A DNA stretch of 64,000 nt, taken from Thermoplasmatota archaeon (lineage in GTDB: Archaea; Thermoplasmatota; SW-10-69-26; JACQPN01; JAJPHT01). The notes beneath the pieces are model-generated. The model saw only the letters and a list, made by a program, of their open reading frames with translations, did not search any database and was not told where the DNA came from. Shown one piece after another: positions 19,725 to 29,346 of this stretch (positions are counted from its first letter, which is position 1; each line of letters opens with the position of its first letter). The stretch spans positions 27,772 through 91,771 of the forward strand of contig DATLGO010000048.1 in NCBI GenBank assembly GCA_035540375.1, written 5' to 3'. Position numbers and translations under genes: made by a program.

Positions 19725-21167
19725 ATGCCCAAGGTCCGACTCCCCACGCCCCTTCGCCCGTACGCCGGCCACCAGGCCGTCGTCGAGGTCGAAGGCGCGA
19801 ACGTCGGCGAGGTCCTCCGCCGCCTCGTCGCGAAGCACGAAGGCCTGCGCGGGCACCTCTTCGACGAGCGTGGACGGCTGCGTCCGTTCGTGAACGTGTA
19901 CGTCAACCAGGAGGACGTGCGCACGCGCCAGAACGACGCGACCCCCGTCGCCGACGGGGACGTCGTCATGATCGTGCCCGCGGTCGCGGGCGGCGCAGTC
20001 CCCGCGAAGGGCGCGGGCGGCGTCGGGATCCTCGGCCGCGACGAGACGGCCTACTACGCGCGTCACCTCATCCTCCCCGAGGTCGGCCTCAAGGGACAGG
20101 AGAAGCTCAAGCGCGCGAAGGTGCTCCTCGTCGGCACGGGCGGCCTCGGCGCGCCGGCCGCGCTCTACCTCGCGGCCGCGGGCGTGGGCCGCATCGGCCT
20201 CGTCGACTTCGACCGCGTCGAGGCCTCGAACCTGCACCGGCAGGTGCTCTTCTCGGCCTCGGACGTCGGACGACCGAAGGCGGAGGCGGCGGCCGCGCGC
20301 CTGCGCTCGCTCAACCCCCACATCGAGGTGGACGTCCACGACACGACCTTCACGAGCGCGAACGCGCTCGACCTCCTCGCCGGCTACGACATCCTCGTGG
20401 ACGGCACGGACAATTTCCCGACGCGCTACCTCGCGAACGATGCCGCGGTCCTCTCGGGCAAGCCGAACGTCTACGCGAGCATCTTCCGCTTCGAAGGCCA
20501 GGCGTCCGTGTTCGCGACGCGAGACGGACCCTGCTACCGGTGCCTCTACCCCGCGCCGCCGCCGCCCGGCCTCGTGCCGAGCTGCGCCGAAGGCGGCGTC
20601 CTCGGTCTCCTCCCCGGCGTCATGGGCACGATCCAGGGCGTCGAGACCGTGAAGCAGATCCTCGGCATCGGCGAGTCGCTCGCGGGGCGCCTCCTGCTCT
20701 TCGACGCGCTCGGGATGGAATTCACGACGCTCTCGCTGCGCAAGAACCCCGACTGCCCCGCGTGCGGCGCGAAGCCCACGCTCACGGGCCTCATCGACTA
20801 CGAGGAATTCTGCGGCGTCCGCGCCCACGAGGACGCGATTCCCTCGGGCGTGCCCGCGATCGCGCCGCGCGACGTCCACGCGCGCCGCGAGGCGAAGGCC
20901 GACCTCACGCTCGTGGACGTCCGCGAGCCGCACGAATGGGAGATCGGGCGCATCGCGGGCGCGATGCACGTGCCGCTCGGCGAGGTCGTCGCCCGCGCTT
21001 CCGAGATCCCGCAGACGGGCGAGGTCGTGGTCTACTGCCGCTCGGGCGCGCGCAGCGCCCGCGCGACGGAGACGCTGCGGGGCCTCGGCTTCCGCAACGT
21101 CAAGAACCTCGAAGGCGGCATCCTCGCCTGGGCCCGCGACGTCGACCCCACCGTCGCGACGATCTGA
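19725..21167 (+). CDS. fused MoaD/ThiS-like Ubl (ending in GG) + MoeB/ThiF-type E1 adenylyltransferase + C-terminal rhodanese domain
   Basis: Residues 1-90 (MPKVRLPTPLRPYAGHQAVVEVEGANVGEVLRRL...VNVYVNQEDVRTRQNDATPVADGDVVMIVPAVAGG) are the MoaD/SAMP beta-grasp with a terminal Gly-Gly. They continue in frame into the E1 (KVLLVGTGGLGAPAALYLAAAGVGRIGLVDFDRVEASNLHRQ, CxxC...CxxC) and a rhodanese domain (VVVYCRSGARSA active-site Cys). A GGAGG RBS precedes the ATG. Confidence 0.85.
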   Translation: MPKVRLPTPLRPYAGHQAVVEVEGANVGEVLRRLVAKHEGLRGHLFDERGRLRPFVNVYVNQEDVRTRQNDATPVADGDVVMIVPAVAGGAVPAKGAGGVGILGRDETAYYARHLILPEVGLKGQEKLKRAKVLLVGTGGLGAPAALYLAAAGVGRIGLVDFDRVEASNLHRQVLFSASDVGRPKAEAAAARLRSLNPHIEVDVHDTTFTSANALDLLAGYDILVDGTDNFPTRYLANDAAVLSGKPNVYASIFRFEGQASVFATRDGPCYRCLYPAPPPPGLVPSCAEGGVLGLLPGVMGTIQGVETVKQILGIGESLAGRLLLFDALGMEFTTLSLRKNPDCPACGAKPTLTGLIDYEEFCGVRAHEDAIPSGVPAIAPRDVHARREAKADLTLVDVREPHEWEIGRIAGAMHVPLGEVVARASEIPQTGEVVVYCRSGARSARATETLRGLGFRNVKNLEGGILAWARDVDPTVATI

Positions 21168-21174
21168 GGCGCGC

Positions 21175-21534
21175 ATGGCCGATTGGGTGCGCATCCCGGA
21201 CGGCGCGCGGCTCGGGGAAGGCGACCGCCTCGTCGCCGAGGCCGCGGGACGCCGTCTCGCCCTCGCGCGGGCGGGCGGGAAGCTCCGCGCCTTCGACGAG
21301 CGGTGCCCCCACCGGGGCGGCCCTCTTTCGGAAGGGACGCTCGCGGGGCGCCTCCTCACGTGCCCCTGGCACGCGTGGACCTTCGATCTCGAGACGGGCG
21401 CGCACGTCGTCAACCCCGACGCCGGGGTCGGCCTCCACGCGGTGCGCGAGGACGGTCCCGACGCCCTCGTCGCGCTCGAGGCCTCGCCGCCCCCCCACGG
21501 GCCGTATTATCGCGGGACCCTGCCGGGCCCATGA
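21175..21534 (+). CDS. Rieske [2Fe-2S] domain protein (NirD-like small subunit type)
   Basis: CPHRGGPLSEGTL...CPWHAWTFDLETG carries the CxH...CxxH Rieske ligands. It starts 8 nt after the E1-fusion stop. Confidence 0.75.
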   Translation: MADWVRIPDGARLGEGDRLVAEAAGRRLALARAGGKLRAFDERCPHRGGPLSEGTLAGRLLTCPWHAWTFDLETGAHVVNPDAGVGLHAVREDGPDALVALEASPPPHGPYYRGTLPGP

Positions 21535-21618
21535 CGTTCGCTGGGACGGGTTCATGAAGGGAAATCCACCCGGGACGCATGCGTTCTTATAGCAGGCCTT
21601 GAAGAATCGCCTGCAAGG

Positions 21619-21939
21619 ATGCCCGCTCCCGACGTGCTCTTTCCCGTCATGGATCTCGTCCTGGCCGGCGCCTACGCGGCCTGGTTCACGTCGTTCGCCA
21701 CCAAGGCGCGCGCGGAGGACTCGCTCCGCAGAATGGTCTCGCGGCACGGCGAGGTCCGCCGCTCGGCGCTTGCGGCCGCGGCCGGCCTCGCGGCGCTCGT
21801 CGCGAGCTATCTCCTCGCGGCCCTCGGGGGCCTCGATCCCGCGTCGTGGCTCAAGCTCGCGGCGTATCCGTTCTTCGTCTACGGCGTCTTCTGCCTCGCC
21901 CGCGCGACGTTCGCCGACGCCCGGGGGGCTCCCGCGTGA
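21619..21939 (+). CDS. small membrane protein (hypothetical)
   Basis: 106 aa with two or three predicted TM helices and a TATA-like ttatagc about 30 nt upstream. Weak support. Confidence 0.3.
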   Translation: MPAPDVLFPVMDLVLAGAYAAWFTSFATKARAEDSLRRMVSRHGEVRRSALAAAAGLAALVASYLLAALGGLDPASWLKLAAYPFFVYGVFCLARATFADARGAPA

Positions 21940-22277
21940 CGGCCCAGGACGCCCTCCTCGCGCAGGCCTTCATCGCGGCCGCGCTCCTCGGCCTCGTCGT
22001 CCTCTTCGCCGCGCGCTTTGCGACGCCCGCGCGGACGCAGGCCGCCCTCGAGCGCCTCCTCCGGAAAAGACTCGTGTTCCAGATGGGCGCCTTCCTGCTC
22101 GTGGCGGGCATCGCCGTCTCCGCGATCGCGGATGCGACGCGCTGGCTCACCGCGCTTCCCGAGAACGACCTCACGGTGGCCGCGCCCACCGCGGCCGGCT
22201 ACCTGCTCGTGGTCCTCGGCGTCGGAGCCTTCGTCCACGCCGCCCGTCACGACGGGGACCGCCCGCGCCAAGGTTGA
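21936..22277 (+). CDS. small membrane protein (hypothetical)
   Basis: The GTG start overlaps the previous stop (GTGA). Hydrophobic helices AFIAAALLGLVVLFA and GAFLLVAGIAVSAI. Weak support. Confidence 0.3.
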   Translation: MTAQDALLAQAFIAAALLGLVVLFAARFATPARTQAALERLLRKRLVFQMGAFLLVAGIAVSAIADATRWLTALPENDLTVAAPTAAGYLLVVLGVGAFVHAARHDGDRPRQG

Positions 22278-22304
22278 AATACCCCCACGGGGGATCGGCC
22301 GCCC

Positions 22305-23666
<1,362 letters not shown>

Positions 23667-23859
23667 TTGCGCCTTCGCTCAACCGCGCGGGCCGCGGAAG
23701 ACGGAGCCGCGCTCGACCTCGCCCATGTCGAGAATCGCTGTGACGCGCGCCGTCGCCCGTCGCCATCCGACGATCCCGCGAGGGCCCTCAAGGGCCAGCG
23801 ACGCCGGGAGCCGGGCGAACCCGGAAGGAGCGCAGGCGCGCGATGGACCGGGGCCCTTG

Positions 23860-24129
23860 TCAGGCGACGGGGCCGGATTCCTCGCTCGCGAGGATGGCGG
23901 AGACCTCCTCGCGCGCGACCTCGCGGACCATCTCGACACCCTTCGCGAACCGGCTCGTGAGCACGAAGGCCTGCACGGCCCGGTGGTCCGGCGCGCGGAT
24001 CTTGACCAGGATCTCGAAATGGCCGTAATGGACGTGATGCCGCTCGAGCACGGTCGGATCGCGACCGAGCCGTTCGAGCACGGCGTCCACCTGGCCGGGC
24101 AAGGCGTCGACGAGCACGTAGGCTTCCAA
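23860..24129 (-). CDS. stand-alone Lrp/AsnC C-terminal (RAM) ligand-binding domain protein
   Basis: MEAYVLVDALPGQVDAVLERL...VHYGHFEILVKIRAPDHRAVQAFV is the RAM-domain pattern. 89 aa. Confidence 0.6.
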   Translation of the reverse strand: MEAYVLVDALPGQVDAVLERLGRDPTVLERHHVHYGHFEILVKIRAPDHRAVQAFVLTSRFAKGVEMVREVAREEVSAILASEESGPVA

Positions 24130-24356
24130 GTCCTCTCCCCCATCTTCACGAGGGACGGGAGGGTCCTAAGGCTTCCCGGGCCTGCAATGGGAATCTTCAA
24201 ATACGGGCGGGGGGTTCCAGCGGCCGATACCGCGCGGCTGCGAGGGCCTGCGGCCGGGAATTCTCCCGGGCGCTGCGTGTCCGAGCCTACCCCGCGCGGC
24301 TTCAGCCGGCGTGGCGCCTGAAGTCGGGAATCACGTCGAGATAGGAGGAATCCACC

Positions 24357-25628
24357 ATGGCCGAGAAGCCGCACATGAACATCGTGTTCATCGGGCACGT
24401 CGACGCCGGCAAGTCCACGACTGTCGGCCGCGTCCTGCTCGACACGGGCACCATCGAAGCGCACATCATCGAGAAGCTCCGCAAGGAAGCGGAGGAGAAG
24501 GGCAAGGGCGGGTTCGAATTCGCCTACGTCATGGACAACCTCAAGGAGGAGCGCGAGCGCGGCGTCACCATCGACATCGCGCACAAGAAGTTCGTGACGA
24601 ACAAGTACTACTTCACGATCATCGACGCCCCCGGCCACCGCGACTTCGTCAAGAACATGATCACGGGCGCGTCGCAGGCTGACGCGGCCGTGCTCGTCAT
24701 CTCCGCAGTCTCGGGCATCGAGGCCCAGACGAAGGAGCACATCTTCCTCGCGAGGACCCTCGGCGTCGAGCAGCTCATCGTGTACGTCAACAAGATGGAC
24801 GCGCTGCAGCCCGCCTTCGACCAGAAGAAGTTCGACGCGCTCAAGGAGCAGATCGAGACGCTCATCCGGACGGTCGGCTACAAGAAGGAGAACGTTCCGA
24901 TCATCCCCGGCTCCTCGTACAAGGGCATCAACATCACGAAGGCCCCGGCCGAGATGGGCTGGTTCAAGGGCCCGACGCTCCTCGACGCCATGAACGGCCT
25001 CAAGGAGCCCTCGAAGCCCACGAACCTCCCGCTCCGCCTCCCGGTGCAGGACGTCTACTCGATCACGGGTATCGGCACGGTGCCGGTCGGCCGCGTCGAG
25101 ACGGGCATCCTCAAGATCGGCGACACCATCATCTTCAACCCCTCGGGCGCGACGGGTGAGGTCAAGTCGATCGAGATGCACCACGAGCAGCACCAGCAGG
25201 CCGTCCCCGGCGACAACGTCGGCTTCAACGTCCGCGGCATCGACAAGAAGTCGATCCGCCGCGGCGACGTCGCCGGCAAGGCGGACAACCCCCCGAAGGT
25301 CGCGAAGGCCTTCGTCGCCCAGATCGCCGTCCTGCAGCACCCCTCGGTCATCGCCGCCGGCTACACGCCCGTGTTCCACATCCACACGGCCCAGCTCGCG
25401 TGCACGTTCGAGGAGCTCCAGAAGAAGATGGACCCGAAGACGGGCCAGGTCAAGGAGGAGAACCCCCAGTTCCTCAAGACCGGCGACATCGCGATCGTGA
25501 AGATCCGGCCCTCGCGCCCCCTCGCGATCGAGCGCTCCAAGGACATCCCCCACATGTCCCGCTTCGCGGTCCGCGACATGGGCACGACGGTCGCCGCCGG
25601 CCTGTGCCTGGACCTCGAAGAGCGCTGA
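24357..25628 (+). CDS. tuf: translation elongation factor aEF-1 alpha
   Basis: [27 protein letters not shown]...[20 protein letters not shown], archaeal-type. A GGAGG RBS lies 7 nt upstream. Confidence 0.97.
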   Translation: MAEKPHMNIVFIGHVDAGKSTTVGRVLLDTGTIEAHIIEKLRKEAEEKGKGGFEFAYVMDNLKEERERGVTIDIAHKKFVTNKYYFTIIDAPGHRDFVKNMITGASQADAAVLVISAVSGIEAQTKEHIFLARTLGVEQLIVYVNKMDALQPAFDQKKFDALKEQIETLIRTVGYKKENVPIIPGSSYKGINITKAPAEMGWFKGPTLLDAMNGLKEPSKPTNLPLRLPVQDVYSITGIGTVPVGRVETGILKIGDTIIFNPSGATGEVKSIEMHHEQHQQAVPGDNVGFNVRGIDKKSIRRGDVAGKADNPPKVAKAFVAQIAVLQHPSVIAAGYTPVFHIHTAQLACTFEELQKKMDPKTGQVKEENPQFLKTGDIAIVKIRPSRPLAIERSKDIPHMSRFAVRDMGTTVAAGLCLDLEER

Positions 25629-25660
25629 GCGCAGCGAAGCGCGAAGCGAGGTCCAGGCGA

Positions 25661-25682
25661 GCACGAACCCGCAGGTTCGTGC
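25661..25682 (+). terminator. hairpin gcacgaac-ccgcag-gttcgtgc downstream of tuf, flanked by a 25-nt direct repeat of the tuf 3' end
   Basis: The inverted repeat was read from the sequence. The same core recurs at about 49605. Confidence 0.4.
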
Positions 25683-25816
25683 GGTGCCTCGACCTCGAAG
25701 AGCGCTGAACGCTCGATTCGCCGGCCTCGGCCGGGACCCGCGCCGCAGGGGATCTGCGGCAGTCCTTTCTTTTCACCCTCGATGGACGAGCCGCGGCCGC
25801 GTCGCGTCAGCGGAGC

Positions 25817-27109
25817 CTACAGGGTGTCCGCGAGCCAGGCGAAACACGCGGGCTCCGGCACGCCCCGGGCAATGGGTGGCGCAAGAAGCAGCGACGGGCA
25901 CCCCGTCGCCTCGCGCTCGAGCGTCACATCGTACACGCCTTCGGTCTCCCCGCGCCAGAGCGTGATCATGAAGTTCGCACCCGCTTCCCCGAGGAGGCGC
26001 CAGCGGACGGCGCAGGGATCGTCGCTCGAGTATCCGACCACGAGGGCGCCTTCGGATTCGACGTTCGCGGCGATCGGTCGGCAATCCCGCGTCCGGATCG
26101 TGAGGATCGCGTGCTCGCCCGCGTCCAGCGTCGCCACGTAGGCGTCCTCGTGGTCGACGTCGTCGATGCATCCCGTCGTCCCGCCGAAGCCGAGGGGGTG
26201 GACGCGGCCGTAGCGGGACGTGTCCCATGACGTGCCGCCATCGCCGATCCCGAGGCAGGCCCGGGGCGCGAGGGGATGGAGCGCGATCGCGAAGCGATAC
26301 GCCGTGCCGATCTCGTCGGTGGTCCGCGCCGTAACATGGTATGTGCCATGGACCCGGCCGAGGTCGATCTCGTGCGGGCCGCAACCGTAGACGAAGATTC
26401 CCGTGTAGGTCTCGAGGCCGGCGTGGAAGCGCACGCGGCAATCGTCGCTCTCGAACCGCACGACGAGGCGGTGATCCTTGGGAACATCGATCCGGTAATC
26501 GTCCTCGTCGTCGTAGCGGTCGAGGCAACCCGTGAACGCACCGGCCGCGAGCCACGGACCGGTATAGGAGGCCGCGTCCTGACCCGTACCCCCGTCGTCC
26601 TGGGGGGTCGGGCAGAATCGGGGCTCCGGCGAGTCCTTGGCAAGGGTCAACCGGTAGGCGCCGTTCCCTTCGATGCGCCACAGGTGGACCGTGTGCGTGC
26701 CGGTGCCCTTCGCGACGTAGGCCACCCGCAGGGCCCCGCATCCGTCGCCGCCATTCTGGTCTTCGGCCGCATATGCGTTCGATATCCACACGAGGAATCG
26801 GCCGCACCCGGTCCGGTCGACGGTGAGGTCGTAGCGGTGGCCCGCCACCGCCCCGAACGTGTAGAAATCGGACGCAGATCCCGCGAACGGTGGTGATTCC
26901 TCGTTGCCGATGCAGCCCTCGTAGGTGCCTTCCGCGATGGCCACAGGGCTCGACTCGGTCGCGTCGCGACCGCTCCCGGCGTCGTCGGAGGCGCTCTCGA
27001 ACGGCGCGCACCAGGGCGAGGCCGCGACGGGACCGGCGGTTCCCGCGGGGGCCGCAAAAAGGAACGCGACGGAGACCAGGAAGGCGAGGCTTCGGAAGAC
27101 GGCCGTCAC
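25817..27109 (-). CDS. secreted protein with 3-4 tandem PPC-like (pre-peptidase C-terminal-type) beta-sandwich repeats
   Basis: Signal peptide MTAVFRSLAFLVSVAFLFAAPAGTAG. Repeated modules containing D-x-Y-x-F/I...G-x-x-Y/H-x-L/V-V...C (for example DFYTFGAVAGHRYDLTVDRTGC and DDYRIDVPKDHRLVVRFESDDC). Confidence 0.55.
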   Translation of the reverse strand: MTAVFRSLAFLVSVAFLFAAPAGTAGPVAASPWCAPFESASDDAGSGRDATESSPVAIAEGTYEGCIGNEESPPFAGSASDFYTFGAVAGHRYDLTVDRTGCGRFLVWISNAYAAEDQNGGDGCGALRVAYVAKGTGTHTVHLWRIEGNGAYRLTLAKDSPEPRFCPTPQDDGGTGQDAASYTGPWLAAGAFTGCLDRYDDEDDYRIDVPKDHRLVVRFESDDCRVRFHAGLETYTGIFVYGCGPHEIDLGRVHGTYHVTARTTDEIGTAYRFAIALHPLAPRACLGIGDGGTSWDTSRYGRVHPLGFGGTTGCIDDVDHEDAYVATLDAGEHAILTIRTRDCRPIAANVESEGALVVGYSSDDPCAVRWRLLGEAGANFMITLWRGETEGVYDVTLEREATGCPSLLLAPPIARGVPEPACFAWLADTL

Positions 27110-27497
27110 GGGACCTCAGCCCGGGGCCGTCGACATGAACTTTGTCGTGTCCTCGCGCGCGTGACAGCCGTCGCGCCCGCCCTGCGGCCGCGCGCCCTTC
27201 GCGGGCGCGGCCACACCTGTTCGAGGAGCGTGGGGACCACGAACACGACCGTGTCGCGCGCGATCTTCCCGGCCTCGTTCGTCGTGAGGACGTCCGCGAC
27301 GCGCTCGTCGACGTCCTCCCCGTCGCCTCGATACGGCCCGCCTCGGTCTCGATGGGGCCCGTGGGCCGGCCCTTGAAACGGAAGAGCACAGGGGGTGGCC
27401 TCGGGAGCCGACGACGCGCTCCTCGGCCCACCGCACGTTCTCGCCTTCCCCGCACGCGCCTCGCGCGGGCGGCGAGGATGAGGGTCGTGGCCGGCCT

Positions 27498-29222
27498 TCA
27501 GAGGCTCCGGATCACGTCGCAGTCGAACACCGTGTCGACCACGATTCCGTCCGGACTGTTGTATTTCACGCCCACGATCTCGGTGCACGCGCGGACGCCG
27601 GATTCGAGGGTTCCGGTCGGGAACACGAGGTGGCGGGCCGACGTGTAGACCCCCACGGTGCCCTGCGACGGGCTCGCCGTGCTCGCGAGGTGGATCGTGA
27701 TGGGATCCGTCCCCGAATAGAGGATGCGACGGGGCTCGCCGACGCAGTTGTCCAGGGTGGGGTTCGCCTTGCACGCCGCGCCGAGAACCGCCGGCGGATC
27801 CACGAGGAGGACGCCGGGCGTGGGCCAGACGGTGAGCGGCGTGATCGTGAGGGTGAGGTTCGAGTTGTGGCCCCCTTGGGGCGTCGAGATGCCGATCGGG
27901 TTGAACTCGCCCGCGGAATCATCGTACTGATCGGGAAGCGGTCGGCTCCCGCCCTCGTAGGGGTCGGCGGCCGCGATGCCGATGAAGCCGTCGCCATTGT
28001 AGTCGCGCCAGATGCCCGTGCGCACCTCGAACGCGAGGATGCCGGGCGCGGACGCGCCGTCGGGGGTGCCGACGCGCTCCATGCTCGAAGCGCCGAGGCC
28101 GGTGCGGGGCAGGAGGTCGAGCCAGCCGCGGGCTTCGGCCGCGAACTCGGCGTGGCGGCCGGCGGCGCTGTTGCCGCTCCCGAGGTCCGTTTCGCGCTCG
28201 TAGCGGGGGAAGAGGGCTCCCATGGCGGGCCCGAGGGTCGCGCCGAGGGGCGTGTCGCCGAGCGGGACGGGTCCGGGCCGGCACCGATTGGGGCAAAGCC
28301 CGAGGCTCGGGCTGCTCACGGCGTTCGTGAACGGCGCCGCGACGGCCCCGTACAGGGCCGCGACGGGGCCGGGGGCCACCGCCGAGTACAGGTCCACGTC
28401 GACGAGCGTGGTGTCGCGCGGGATGAAGGGGAAGCGGGGATCCTCGCCGGGGAGGAGAATGATGTCGTTCGCGGTGACGACCGTGATCCGCTGGAGGAGC
28501 GACCCCTCCGTGAAGACCATCACGTCCTGGTTCGAGCCGGTGTCCCAGAAAGCGTTCTGTCCGATGAGCTTGTAGGTGAAGTCCGGCTGGGTCTCGCGCG
28601 GACGCGAGTAGGACGCCAGGTTGGGGTGGCTGCCGGGTTCCACGAAGCTCGCGAGGGCGGCGCCCACGACGCCGCTCGCGGTCGCGCTCTTGATGATGAC
28701 CCATTCGTTGCCGTCCCCGCCGGACCAGGGGGCCCCCACGGAGCGGGACGACGTCTGCGAGGATCGAATGACGTTGTCCTCGTTCGCGTCGTTCCACAAG
28801 CCGAACCAGGCGTGGAACTTCGCCGCGCCCGGCAGAATCGTGGGGGGAAGGCCCAGGCGGCGCGTGAGGCTGTCGCCGCGGTGCGCGTCCTTGTACGCCC
28901 CGTCCACCGACGTCGCCGTATTCGGGGGCCCGACGAGCGCGGGATCCGCGTAGCGCAGCGCCTCGAAGTAGCCGAAGCTCGCATGGTAGCTGTCCAGGAT
29001 GCGCACGCCGACCGGCGGGTGCGAAAGCTGGGTCGGGGTCAGAGGGCAGCTCTCGCTGCCACTCGTATGCACCGCCTTCACGCAGTTCGACTGTCCGAGG
29101 TCGGCTTCGAACGATGGAGGCTCGGCGAGCTCGACGGACACGTCCGTCGCAGCTTCGAGGCGGTAGGGGTCCTGCGCGAGGACCGACGGGACGACCAGGG
29201 ACAGGACGAGAAGCAGCGCCAT
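27498..29222 (-). CDS. secreted hypothetical protein (574 aa)
   Basis: Internal Met start with signal peptide MALLLVLSLVVPSVLAQ. The upstream part of the track ORF overlaps the divergent hydrolase gene and is rejected. Confidence 0.5.
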   Translation of the reverse strand: MALLLVLSLVVPSVLAQDPYRLEAATDVSVELAEPPSFEADLGQSNCVKAVHTSGSESCPLTPTQLSHPPVGVRILDSYHASFGYFEALRYADPALVGPPNTATSVDGAYKDAHRGDSLTRRLGLPPTILPGAAKFHAWFGLWNDANEDNVIRSSQTSSRSVGAPWSGGDGNEWVIIKSATASGVVGAALASFVEPGSHPNLASYSRPRETQPDFTYKLIGQNAFWDTGSNQDVMVFTEGSLLQRITVVTANDIILLPGEDPRFPFIPRDTTLVDVDLYSAVAPGPVAALYGAVAAPFTNAVSSPSLGLCPNRCRPGPVPLGDTPLGATLGPAMGALFPRYERETDLGSGNSAAGRHAEFAAEARGWLDLLPRTGLGASSMERVGTPDGASAPGILAFEVRTGIWRDYNGDGFIGIAAADPYEGGSRPLPDQYDDSAGEFNPIGISTPQGGHNSNLTLTITPLTVWPTPGVLLVDPPAVLGAACKANPTLDNCVGEPRRILYSGTDPITIHLASTASPSQGTVGVYTSARHLVFPTGTLESGVRACTEIVGVKYNSPDGIVVDTVFDCDVIRSL

Positions 29223-29346
29223 CGATGCGATACGCACAGGCAGGCCTCGGTCCCGAGGTCGGCCAACGGGAGATATAGATACCGGCCCCACGTCGGGGCG
29301 AGGTCGCCCACAATCTACTTCTACGCCCGAGCGGGATCGGCGCGGG

